Below the pieces are notes generated by a model. The model had not been told where the DNA came from and made no database searches. It saw only the letters and a program-made list of their open reading frames with translations. DNA of 64,000 bases from the human T2T-CHM13v2.0 reference genome, Homo sapiens: the NCBI RefSeq assembly GCF_009914755.1, contig NC_060942.1. One strand, written 5' to 3'. Positions within the stretch are counted from its first letter, which is position 1. Every line of letters starts with the position of its first letter. Made by a program: the position numbers and the translations under genes. Below, piece by piece: positions 46,766-62,930 of this stretch.

Positions 46766-48052
46766 GTTTCTTCAGTGTTGGAGATACAGTCACAGTGGAA
46801 AGCAGTTATGGAGTCAAAGCAACTTTAGTCTTACTGGGTATTTGTTATAGAGGTAGATGTATTTGAGTAGCAAGTTATGGTTACAGAAAATTTTTGTGCC
46901 TTCAGTTAAGAACTTTATGGTCACCTACAGCTTCAAGTTACCCCTTTTCCCTTCTCTTTCCCTTCTCCTTACTGCTGTGACCCCGAAGGGAGAAATGTAT
47001 ATAGGTAGACACGCTCTCTATTCTCATCTGCTGCCTTGCTCACAACTTCTCTGAATGCAACTCGTGCTTCATATCATCCACCATGTTTCCTTTCTATTCT
47101 CCCTTGATTTTTCTTTTTCAGAATTGCACCCATTGCTATATGTTCTCCCCTGTTTTGTTTAAGGGGTCCTCCAGTAGCACTGTTCTCTGGAGGTCAGGGA
47201 TGAGTGGGTAAAATCAGGTATCTTTTCTATCCAGGTTCCCAAGTTGCTAGTGGCTGAGCTTCCTGAAACAGAGAGATCCGAAAACAGTTCCTGCTGTTGT
47301 TGACTCTTGACAGAGGATCCTCAGCTCTGACCACTGCTGTGCCCTTCTTCAGTGTAGCGTTGGTGGATTTGTTTGTGAATGTTTCTGAGAGTGTAAAGGT
47401 TACTATCACACATATGTTTACTCTGTAAAGATAAGGTTCTGGTGAAAATAGAATTGAACTGTGCCCCATCCTCTGTCTTTGCATTTCTGTGAAGAACACA
47501 GTTCAGTTTCTAAAAATCACTGGTGGTGGCCCTCTGTATGAAAAAATAAGGCTTACTTCTTGACACTTAAGGTCATTGGAGGATCATACTTAATTGTTTG
47601 AACATATGAGTCCTGTTTACACATTCTGGCTCGTGTGTTTTTTTGTTTGTGTTTAGCTGGGTAGATTTGTGAGAGACTCAGGGTGCAGAAGAGAGGGAGA
47701 AGATGATGCTGTTTTAAAATGATGCTTTCCACTGGTTGTTTCCTCTAAAGAAGACAACGGTGAGTCCAGGGGAGCTGTTATTTTTTTGCTTAGGGTTGGA
47801 AGGAGGGAAAAGACAACTTCTTTTTAAAAATTTATAAAATGTTATGTATTTTTGTTTATGCTTAATTTATATCTGTGACATGGAATTTGAGCAAAGTGGC
47901 CACATATTTTTGTAGGGAAAAAGGAGGCATCTGATAGTTTTATTTTCCACATTTTAGGGACTACTTTCCATTGCAGCTTGAGGCTTTCACTGATTAAAAT
48001 AATGGCTTTTCAAAAGTTAATGTGTTATATAGTGAGCACATAATCTCTTTAA

Positions 48053-48368
<316 letters not shown>

Positions 48369-48631
48369 ATATCACTACTTAAGCTTTGTGTCCTTTTCAT
48401 ATGTAAAGACAAAAAGTTAGCATAAAAACGTAAACAAGAACTTTATATAGCCAGAAAAGGTACAGTGTAATGCTGATGTTTTTGCTTTAAGTAATAAAAT
48501 AAAACTTTTTTTTATTATAGAAATGGTAATAAAATATTATGGAGAACAGTTTGAAAAGAGAGAATAATTTTTAAAAGGAGATAAGAATTGATCAGTCTAG
48601 ATCAACCTAGAGGTAACCATTGTTAATGTTT

Positions 48632-51600
48632 TCTTCTTATTGTAGTAAAATATATATAACATTAAAATTGACAGTTTTAATAATTTTTAAGTGTACAGTG
48701 TCATGACATTACGTACACTCACATTATTGTGCAACCATTACCACCATCTATCTTCAGAACTTTTTCTTTTTTTTAAACTGAAACTTCATATCCATTAAAC
48801 ACTAAGCCCTGATTTTGCCCCCTCCTCAGCCCTGGCAACTGCCATTCTACTTTCTCTATGAATTTGATTACTCTAGGAGCCTTGTAAGTGAAATTATTTG
48901 TCCTTTTGTGACTGGCTTATTTCACTGAGCATAATGTTCATTTATGATGTAGCATGCATCAGAATTTCCTTCCTTTTTAAGGCTGAATGAAAACTCACTG
49001 TATGTATATGCCACATTTTGTTTATCCCTTCATCCATTGATGAACACTTGGGTTGTTTTCACCTTTGGGCTACTGTGAATAATGCTGCTATGAACATTGA
49101 TGTACCCATGTGAGTTCGAGTCCTTGCTTTCAGTTCTTTTGAGGATAGCTCCAGAAGTGGACTTGCTGGGACATATCGTAATTCTATATTTAACATTTTG
49201 AGGAACTTCCATACTGTCTTCCACAGGGGCTGCACCATTTTACATTCCTACTAGCAATGCACGGGGTTTCAGTTTTTCCACATTCTTGCTAACTTTCTAT
49301 TTTTTTTAAGTAGCCACGTTAATATGTTTTTGATTTGCATTTCCCTAGTGATTTGTGATGTTGAGCACCTTTTCATGTGCTTATTGGTCATTTGTGTATC
49401 TTCTTTGGAGAAATGTCTATTCAAGTCCTTTGCTGGTATTTTATTTGGGTCTTGCTGCTGTTGAGCTTTAGTAGTTCTTTATAAATTCTGAATATTAAAC
49501 CATAATCAGATATGTGATTTGAAGATACTTTCTCCCATTCTACAGGATGTCTTTTCACTTTCTTGATATGTCTTTGGATGCTCAAAATTACTTAATTTTG
49601 ATGAAGTTCAGTTTCTCTATTTTTTCTTTTTTTGCCTGTGCTTTCAGTGTCATATCAAAGAAATTGTTGCCATATCCAATGTCATAAAGCTTTTCCCCTT
49701 TGTTTTTTCCTAAGAGTTTTATAATTTTAGCTTTCGTTTCTAGGTTTTTGATCCATTTTGAGTTAATTTTTATGTATGGTGTAGGACAAGGGTCCAGCTT
49801 CATTCTTTTGCATGTGGATATTCAGTTTTCCCAACCCATTTGTTGAATATTGTTCTTTCCCGTTGAATGGCCCTGGCACCCTTCAAAAATTGTTGTATTG
49901 TATCTGTGAAGTTGCATTTCTGGCATCTCTATTCTATTCAGTTGGTGTATATGTCTGTCTTTATGCCAGTATCACACTGTCTTGATTATTGCAGCTTTAT
50001 TCTAGCAAGTTTTGAAATCAGGAATCGTGAGTCCTCCAGCTTTGTTTTTTTTTTCCCCCTAAAATTGTTTTGGCTATTTAGGGTCCTTTGATATTTCATA
50101 TGAATTTTTGAATGGATTTTTCTATTTTGCAAAAACCATTGTTGGAATTTTGATAGGAATTACATTGAATCTGTAGATCACTTCAGGTAGTACTGATATC
50201 TTAAAAATATTATTTTCTAATCCATGAACATGGAATGTCTTTTTATTAATTGGTGTTTTCTTTAATTCTTTCATCAACATTTATAGTTTTTAGTGCACAA
50301 GTCTTTTCCTTCCTTGGTTAAGCTTATTCCTAAATATTTTATTATTTCTGACACTATTATAAAAGGAATTATTTTTAAATTTCCTTTTAGGATTTTTCAT
50401 TGTTAGTGTATGATAATGCAGCTGATACTTGCATGCTGATTTTGCTTGTGGCAGCCTTGTTTATGTTTTATGTTCATTAATTCTAACACTTTTTTTAAAA
50501 AAGGGAATCTTTAGGGCTTTCTACATATAAGATCATGACATCTGTGAACAGAGATAACTTTACTTTGTTCTTTCTGATTTGGATGTCTTTTATTTCTTTT
50601 TCTTGCCTGATTGCTATGGCTAGGACGTGTACTGTGTTGAATAGAAATGGCAAAAGTGGACTTTCTTGTCTTATTCCTTATCTTAGAGAAAATGTTTTTA
50701 GTCTTTCACTTTTGAGTTTAATGTTAGTTGTGGATTTTTCATACATGGCCTTCATAATGTTGAGGTAATTTTCTTTTAGTCCTAGTTTATTGAGTGTTTT
50801 TTAAAAAATCATGAATGGTGTTGAATTTTGTCAAATGATTTTCTGCATCAATTGAGATGATCATATGGTGTTTGTTCTTCATTCTGTTAATGTAATATAT
50901 TACGTTCATTGATTTTCACATGTTGAACTCCTTGCATTCCAAGAATAAATTTCCCTTGATCGTATTGTATAATCCTTTTAATATGCTTCTGAGTTTGGTT
51001 TGCTAGTATTTAGTTGGGGATTTTTATATTAATATTCATAAGAAATATTGGTTTGTAGTTTTCTTTTCTTATAATGTCTTGGTATAGTTTCGGTATCAGG
51101 GTAACGCTGGTCTCATACAATAAGTTAGAAAACTTTCCTTCCTCTTCAGTTTTTCAGAAGAGTTTGAGAAGAATTATGTTAATCCTTCTTAAATGTTTGG
51201 AAGAAGTCACCAGTGGAGACATCTAGTCCTTGGTTTTTCTTTCATAGGAGGCTTTGATTACTGATTCAGTCCCTTTACTAGTTAAGGTTTATTTGGATGT
51301 TCTGTTTCTTCATGATTCAGTCTGTGGTTCCTGGGCCTTCCTGTCTTTTTTTTTTTTTTTTTTTTTTTTGAGATGGACTTTTCCTTCATGGTTTATTCCT
51401 AAATATTTTATTATTTCTGACACTATTATAAAAGGAATTATATAATATTCTTTTTTGTCCCTTATAATAGTTTTTTAACTTAATGTCCATTTTGCCTGAT
51501 ATTAGTATAGCCACCACTGCTCTCTTTTCATTACTATTTGCATGGAATATTACAAATAGTATTTTCCATACTTTCACTTTCAACCTGTATGTGTCCTTAG

Positions 51601-51946
51601 ATCCAAAGTTAGTCTCTTTTAGACAAAATATAGTTGGATTCTTTTTTTTTAATTTTTTATTCCATTCTACCAACCTACAGCTTTTGATTAGGGAGTTTAA
51701 TCTGTTTATATTTAATATAATTACGGACAGGGAAGGATTTATTGTGGTCATCAAGTTAGTTGTTTCTGTTTTTCTTATAGCTTTTTTGTTTCCCATATCA
51801 TCCATTACTTTCTCAGTGTTAAGTGGATTTTTCTGTAATGACATGTTTTGATTCCCTTCTCATGTACTTTTGTGTATAGTCTGTAGATTTTTTTTTGTGG
51901 TTACCTTGAGCATTACACATAATTTCCTAAATCTATTGTTTCCTAA
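48632..51946 (-). mobile_element. L1MB-type LINE-1, 3' segment (3'UTR, ORF2, endonuclease start)
   Basis: L1MB 3' end TTATTGTAGTAAAATATATATAACATTAAAATT...TTGTGCAACCATTACCACCATC; ORF2-like peptides at 49030-49224, 49588-49803 and 51386-51844. Confidence 0.87.
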
Positions 51947-52166
51947 AACAATAGACTTTTTTATTATACTTTAAATTTTAGGGTACATGTGCACAACGTG
52001 CAGGTTAGTTACATATGTATACATGTGCCATGTTGGTGTGCTGCACTCATTAACTCGTTATTTAACATTAATATATCTCCTAATGCTATCCCTCCCCCCT
52101 CCCCCCACCCCACAACAGGCCCCAGTGTGTGATGTTCCCCTTCCTGTGTCCATGTGTTCTCATTGT

Positions 52167-55979
<3,813 letters not shown>

Positions 55980-56042
55980 TATGATGTTAGCTGGTTATTT
56001 TGCTCATTAGTTGATGCAGTTTCTTCCTAGCCTCGATGGTCT

Positions 56043-57059
56043 TTATAATTTGGCATGTTTTTGCAGTGGCTGGTACTGGTTGTTCCTTTCCATGTTTAGT
56101 GCTTTCTTCAGGAGCTCTTGTAGGGCAGGCCTGGTGGTGACAAAATCTCTCAGCATTTGCTTGTCTGTAAAGTATTTTATTTCTCTTTCACTTATGAAGC
56201 TTAGTTTGGCTGGATATGAAATTCTGGGTTGAAAATTCTTTTCTTTAAGAATGTTGAATATTGGCTCCCACTCTCTTCTGGCTTGTAGAGTTTCTGCCGA
56301 GAGATCAGCTGTTAGTCTGATGGGCTTCCCTTTGTGGGTAACCCAACCTTTCTCTCTGACTGCCCTTAAAATTTTTTCCTTCATTTCAACTTTGGTGAAT
56401 CTGACAGTTATGTGTCTTGGAGTTGCTCTTCTCGAGGAGTATCTTTGTGGCGTTCTCTGTATTTCCTGAATTTGAATGTTGGCCTGCCTTGCTAGATTGG
56501 GGAAGTTCTTCTGGATAATATCCTGCAGGGTGTTTTCCAATTTGGTTCCATTCTCCCCGTCACTTTCAGGTACACCAATCAGACGTAGATTTGGTCTTTT
56601 CACATAGTCCCATATTTCTTGGAGGCTTTGTTCATTTCTTTTTATTCTTTTTTCTCTACACTTCTCTTCTTGCTTCATTTCATTCATTTGATCTTCCGTC
56701 ACTGATACCCTTTCTTCCAGTTGATCGAATCAGCTACTGAGGCTTGCGCATTCGTCACATAGTTCTCGTGCCATGGTTTTCAGCTTCATCAGGTCCTTTA
56801 AGGACTTCTCTGCATTGGTTATTCTAGTTAGCCATTCGTCTAATCTTTTTTCAAGGTTTTTAACTTCTTTGCCACGGGTTCGAAATTCCTCCATTAGCTC
56901 AGAGTAGTTTGATCGTCTGAAGCCTTCTTTTCTCAACTCGTCAAAGTCATTCTCTGTCCAGCTTTGTTGCGATGCTGGTGAGGAGCTGCGTTCCTTTGAA
57001 GGAGGAGAGGTGCTCTGATTTTTAGAATTTTCAGTTTTTCTGCTCTGTTTTTTCCCCAT
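56043..57059 (-). pseudogene. L1 ORF1 (RNA-binding chaperone), premature stop
   Basis: MGKKQSRKTENSKNQS... ends at an in-frame TGA (56730-32); C-terminal part 56043-56702 carries the RPNLRLIGVPE and YPAKLS motifs. Confidence 0.95.
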
Positions 57060-58085
57060 CTTTGTGGTTTTACCTACCTTTGGTCTTTGATGATGGTGAC
57101 ATACAAATGGGGTTTTGGTGTGGATGTCCTTTCTGTTTGTTAGTTTTCCTTCTAATAGTCAGGACCCTCAGCTGCAGGTCTTTTGGAGTTTGCTGGAGGT
57201 CCACTCCAGACTCTGTTTGTCTGGGTATCAGCAGTGGAGGCTGCAGAACAGTGAATATTGGTGAACAGCAAATGTTGCTGCCCGATCATTCCTCTGGAAG
57301 TTTTGTCTCAGAGGAGTACCTGGCTGTGTGAGGTGTCAGTCTGCCCCTACTGTGGGGTGCCTCCCAGTTAGGCTACTTGGCGGTCAGGGATCCACTTGAG
57401 GAGGCAGTCTGTCCATTCTCAGATCTCAAGCGGCGTGCTGGGAGAACCACTACTGTCTTCCAAGCTGTCAGACAGGGACATTTAAGTCTGTAGAGGTTTC
57501 TGCTGCCTTTTGTTGGGCTATGCCCTGCCCCCAGAGGTGGAGTCTATAGAGGCAGGCAGGCCTCCTTGAGCTGCGGTAGGCTCCACCCAGTTTGAGCTTC
57601 CCAGCCGCTTTGTTTACCTACTCAAGCCTCAGCAATGGCGGGCGCCCCTCCCCTAGCCTCGCTGCCACCTTGCAGTTTTATCTCAGACTGCTGTGCTAGC
57701 AATAAACGAGGCTCCATGGGTGTAGGACCCTCCGAGCCAGGCACGGGATATAATCTCCTGGTGTGATGTTTGCTAAGACCATTGGAAAAGCGCAGCATTA
57801 GGGTGGGAGAGTGACCCGATTTTCCAGGTGCCATCTGTCACCCCTTTCCTTGACTAGGAAAGGGAATTCCCTGACCCCTTGCACTTCCCAGGTGAGGCGA
57901 TGCCTCGCCCTGCTTTGGCTCACGCTCGGTGCGCTGCCCCCACTGTCCTGCACCCACTGTCCGACAATCCCCAGTGAGATGAACCCGGTACCACAGTTTG
58001 AAATGCAGAAATCGTTTGTCTTCTGCGTTGCTCACGCTGGGAGCTGTAGACTGGAGCTGTTCCTATTTGGCTATCTTGGCTCCCC
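57060..58085. promoter_or_regulatory. L1 5'UTR with internal sense (minus-strand) and antisense (plus-strand) promoters
   Basis: Complete L1PA 5'UTR; the bidirectional promoter is an established property of this region; activity of this copy is unknown. Confidence 0.6.
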
Positions 58086-58098
58086 AACAATAGATTTT

Positions 58099-58480
58099 AA
58101 ATTAATATCAATTTAATATCAATGTCATACAAAAACTACTCTTTTACAGCTCCATCTCCTACTATGTATTATTGTTGTCATAGATTATGTCTTTGTATAT
58201 TGTGTGTCCATTAATATGCACTTATGATTCTTTTATGCATTTGTCTTTTAAGTCCTTTAGAAGAATAAAAAGTGGAGTTACAGACCAAAATTACAATAAC
58301 CCTGGTTTTTATATTTGTCCATGTATTTACCTTTACCAGAGGACTTTGTATTTCCACGAGGCTCCAAGTTACTGTCTAGTGTCCTTTCATTTCATACCCT
58401 TTAGCATTTCTTGTAGGGTAGGTTTAGTGGTAATGAACTCTCAGCTTTTGTTGATCTGAGAATATCTTAATTTGTCCCTC
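58099..58480 (-). mobile_element. L1MB continuation (inter-ORF / ORF1 end)
   Basis: CCCTTTAGCATTTCTTGTAGGGTAGGTTTAGTGGTAATGAACTCTCAGCTTTTG is homologous to the L1 ORF1 3' end. Confidence 0.75.
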
Positions 58481-58487
58481 ATTTTTA

Positions 58488-60436
58488 TTTTTTTAAATTT
58501 ACTTTAAGTTCTGGGATACAAGTGCAGAATGTGTAGGTTTGTTACATAGGTATACATGTGCCATAGCGGTTTGCTGCACCTATCAACCTGTCGTCTAGGT
58601 TTTAAGCCCCGCATGCATTAGCTATTTGTTCTAATGCTCTCCTTCGTCTCACCCCCCACCCCCCAACTGGCCCCAGTGTGTGTTGATCCTCTCCCTGTGT
58701 CCGTGTGTTCTCACTATTCAACTCCCACTTACGAGTGAGAACATGTGGTGTTTGGTTTTCTGTTCCTGTGTTAGTTTGCTGTGGATGATGGCTTCAAGCT
58801 TCATCCATATCCCTGCAAAGGACACGATCTCATTCCTTTTTATGGCTGCATAGTATTCCATGGTGTATATGTACCACATTTTCTGTATCCAGTCTATCAT
58901 TGATGGGCATTTGGGTTGGTTCCATGTCTTTGCTATTGTAAATAGTGCTGCAATAAATATACAACATGTGTCTTTATAGTAGGATGATTTATATTTCTTT
59001 GGGTATATACCTAGTAATGGGACTGCTGGGTCAAATGGTATTTCTGGTTCTAGATCCTTGAGGAATCGCCACACTGTCTTCCACAATGGTCCAACTAATT
59101 TACATTTCTACCATCAGCGCAAAAGCATTCCTATTTCTCCACAGCTCACCAGTATCTTATTGTTATTTGACTTTTTAATAATTCCCATTCTGACTTGTGT
59201 GAGATGGTATCTCATTATGGTTTTGATTTGCATTTCTCTAATGACCAGTGATGATGAGCTTTGTTTCATTGTTTGTTGGCCACATAAATGTCTTCTTTTG
59301 AGAAGTGTCTGTTCATATCCTTTGCCCACTTTTTGATGGGGGTATTTGTGTTTTTCTTGTACATTTCTTGTACATTTGTTTAAGTTCCTTGTAGATTCTG
59401 GATATTAGATGGGTAGATTGCAGAAATTTTCTCCTATTCTGTAGGTTGCCTGTTCACTCTGATGATAGTTTCTTTTGCTGTGCAGAAGCTCTTTAGTTTA
59501 ATTAGATCTCATTTGTCAATTTTTGCTTTTGGTGCAATTGCTTTTGGCATTTTTGTCATGAAATCTTTGCCCATGCCTGTGTCCTGAATGGTATTGCCTA
59601 GGTTTTCTTCTAGGGTTTTAATGGTTTGAGGTTTTACATTTAAGTTTTTAATCCATCTTGAGTTAATTTTTGTATAAGGTGTAAGGAAGGGTCCAGTTTC
59701 AGTTTTCTGAATATAGCTAGCCAGTTTTCCCAGCTCCATTTATTAAATAGGGAATCCTTTCCCCATTGCTTGTTTTTGTACAGTTTGTTGAAGAGCAGAT
59801 AGTCGTAGATGTGTGGTGTTATTTCTGAGGTCTCTATTCTGTTCCATTGGTCTGTATGCCTATCTCAGTACCAGTACCATGCTGTTTTGGTTACTGTAGC
59901 CTTGTAGTATAGTTTGAAATCAGGTAGCATGATGCCTCCAGCTTTGTTCTTTTTGCTTAGGATTGTCTTGGCTATATAGGATCTTTTTTGGTTCCATATG
60001 AAATTTAAAGTAGTTTTTTCTAATTCTGTGAAGAATGTCAAAGGTAGTTTGATGGGAATAATATTGAATATATAAATTACTTTGGGCAGTGTGGCCATTT
60101 TCATGATATTGATTCTTTCTATCTATGAGGATGGAATGTTTTTCCATTTGTTTGTGTCCTCTTATTTCCTTGAGCAGTGGTTTGTAGTTCTCTTTGAAGA
60201 AGTCCTTCACATCCCTTGTTAGCTGTATTCCTAGGCATTTTATTCTCTTTGTAGCAATTGTGAATGGGAGTTCATTTGTGATTTGTCTGTCTGCTTGTCT
60301 GTTGTTGGTGTATAGGAATGTTTGTGATTTTTGCACATTGATTTTGTATCCTGAGACTTTGCTGCAGTTGCTTATCAGCTTAAGAAGTTTTTGGACTGAG
60401 ATGATGAGGTTTTCTAAATATAGAATCATGTTGTCT
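58488..60436 (-). mobile_element. L1PA8-like LINE-1, 3' non-inverted segment
   Basis: Diagnostic TATCAACCTGTCGTCTAGGTTTTAAGCCCCGCATGCATTAG; ORF2 C-terminal peptides at 58718-60429. Confidence 0.9.
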
Positions 60437-60439
60437 TCG

Positions 60440-61195
60440 GTTGAATCCCTGAATAGACCAATAACAAGTTCTGAAATTGAGGAATTAATAGCCTACCAAC
60501 CGAAAAAAGCCCAGGACCAGACAGATTCACAGCCAAATTCTACCAGAGATACAGAGAGTATCTGGTACCATTCCTTCTGAAACTATTCCTAACAATTGAA
60601 AAGAAGGGACTCCTCCTTAACTCATTTTATGAGGCCAGCATCATCCTGATACCAAAACTTGGCAGAGACACAACAAAAAAAGAAAACTTCAGGTCAATAT
60701 CCCTGATGAACATCAATGCAAACATTTTCAATAAGATACTGGCAAACCGAATCCAGCAGCACATCAAAAAGCTTATCCACCATGATCAAGTTGGCTTCAT
60801 CCCTAGGATGCAAGGGTGGTTCAACATATGCAAATCAGTAAACATAATCCATCACATAAACAGAACCAATGACAAAAACCACATGATCATCTCAATAGAT
60901 GCAGAAAAGGCCTTTGATAAAATTCAACATCCCTTTGTGTTAAAAACTCTCAATAAACTATGTCTTGATGTAACATATCTCAAAATAATAAGAACTATTT
61001 ATGACAGACCCACAGCCAAAATCATACTGAATGGGCAAAAGCTGGAAGCATTCCCTTTGAAAACCAGCACAAGACAAGGATACCCTTTCTCACCACTTCT
61101 ATTCAACATAGTGTTGGAAGTTGTGGCCAGGGCAATCAGGCAAGAGAAAGAAATAAAGAGTATTCAAATAGGAATAGAGGACGTCAAATTGTCTC
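60440..61195 (+). mobile_element. L1PA8-like LINE-1, 5'-inverted segment (twin priming)
   Basis: Sense ORF2 RT sequence ([22 protein letters not shown]...); TSD CTCATTTTTA at 58478-87 and 61193-61202. Confidence 0.92.
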
Positions 61196-61202
61196 ATTTT
61201 TA

Positions 61203-62850
61203 GTTCAAGTTTTGGAACATACAGAATTCTTGGCTGACAGGTTGTTTTTGTTTGTTTTATTTTTCCCTTTCAGCAGTTTAAATAAATCCTCACATTGCCT
61301 TTGGGCTGCTGGGTTTCTGCTGAACAATGTGCTGATTATCTTACTGGATATCTTTTGTATATGATGGTTCACTTCTCTCAGTACTTAAAAGATTCGGTCT
61401 TTTGACAGTTTGAATATGTCTTGGTGTGGGTCTCTTTAGTTTTATCCTACTTTGAGTTGTTAAATTTCTCGGATTTGTCAATTTATGTATTTTCTCAAAG
61501 TTGAGACATTTTCTGCTATTATTCCTTCAAATAATATCTTCCTCTTTCTCTCTTCTCCTTCTGGAATTCTCGTAACATGTATACTTGTTCCCTTGCTTGT
61601 GCCCCATAAGCCTCTTAGGCTCTGTTCACTTTTCTTCATTCTTTTTTCTTTCTACCTCTCAGATTCAGTAGTTTTAAATGACTTGTCTTTAGATTTTCTT
61701 ATTCTTTCTTTTACCTGTTTGAGTTTGCTGTTGAGCTCCTGTAATATATTTTTGAAAATATAGTAGCATTTTTCATTCAGTTGTGTTTTTCAGCTCTAGA
61801 ATTTCTGTTTGGTTCCATTTTATAATTTCTGTCTCTTTGCTATTATTCTCATTTTGTTTTTAAATCATTTTCCTGATTTTCTTTAGTACTTAGTCCATTT
61901 TTCCTCTAGCTCTTTAAGCATATTTAAGACTTATGTGGTAAAATCTTTGTCTAGTATATCCAGTGCCTATGTTTCTTCAGGGATAGTTTCCACTGCTTTA
62001 TTTTCTTCATTTTTGTAAGCCATGTTTTCCTGTTTTGTCTTTTGTATGTCGTGTGCTTTTTTAAAATGGAAAATTAGGCATTTGAAAAAAAAATAACCAC
62101 TTCCTCCTGTCTTTCTAGAGTGGCTTTGTGTTGGGGAGGACCTTTGGGATCAGCTGAGCTTTATTAACAAGCTGAGCTTTGGGATAGCTCACTGTGAAGG
62201 CTTAAGGCCTTGCTAGGCCCTTTTCTGGGTATGTGTCTTATGTGGGCCTGTGTGTATGCTTTTCAATTCCCAAGTATAGATGGTGGCTTTTAATTTTCTT
62301 AATTTCCCCAATACTCTCACCTTGGCTGCTGGACCTTATGTATTCTATTGTATTCCTCTGCCTGCAGTCTGTTGCCCTAGGTGTCTGTGGGTCTGTTTTC
62401 TTAGAGTAGCTGTCACTGCTGCTTCCTGTTTCTTGTGCCTTTTCCTAGCCTGAGAGGCAAGCTGTGGTGGTTTTTGCCTTCTGAGCTTGGAGTTAGGCAA
62501 TGCAGAGACCAGTCCTCAGGCAGTCCTCAGACAGGTTAAAATATTGCAAATTAGGTCAGGTCTACTCCCTTCAGAGGGAGGGAATTGGAAGCTTTGGCCA
62601 CTGCCTCCTCCAGCCCAAGGCTACACCAGGCTGGGAAGTAGGGGAAAAAAGAGTGAATAAAAATGAAATGAAATGGCAGACATTTTGAATGTGGCTTCTT
62701 CAGTAGGCATTTGCTTAATGACTATAGAACTTTGTTTTCCAGCTCTTTTATAAAGTTAATGTAGCTAGTCTCTAGTTGTTTTTCTTTAATGTTTCTTTGG
62801 GTGAATGAGGGCCTGGAGCCTCCTGGTCTGCTATTTTGCTGATGTCACTG
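61203..62850 (-). mobile_element. L1MB/L1M4 continuation (ORF1 and 5' region)
   Basis: ACAGAATTCTTGGCTGACAG...TTTCAGCAGTTTAAAT...TTTTCAGCTCTAGAATTTCTGTTTGGTTC is antisense L1M ORF1. Confidence 0.72.
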
Positions 62851-62930
62851 CTCCAGATAATATTCTTTTTTTTTCCTAGTTAATACAACAGTGATTTAAC
62901 TCACAGGATTAAAAATGTTTAGAGTTTTAG

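Noticed and set aside
60194-60580. 128-aa + strand ORF
   Set aside because: Chance read-through across the L1 inversion junction (antisense ORF2 joined to sense ORF2)
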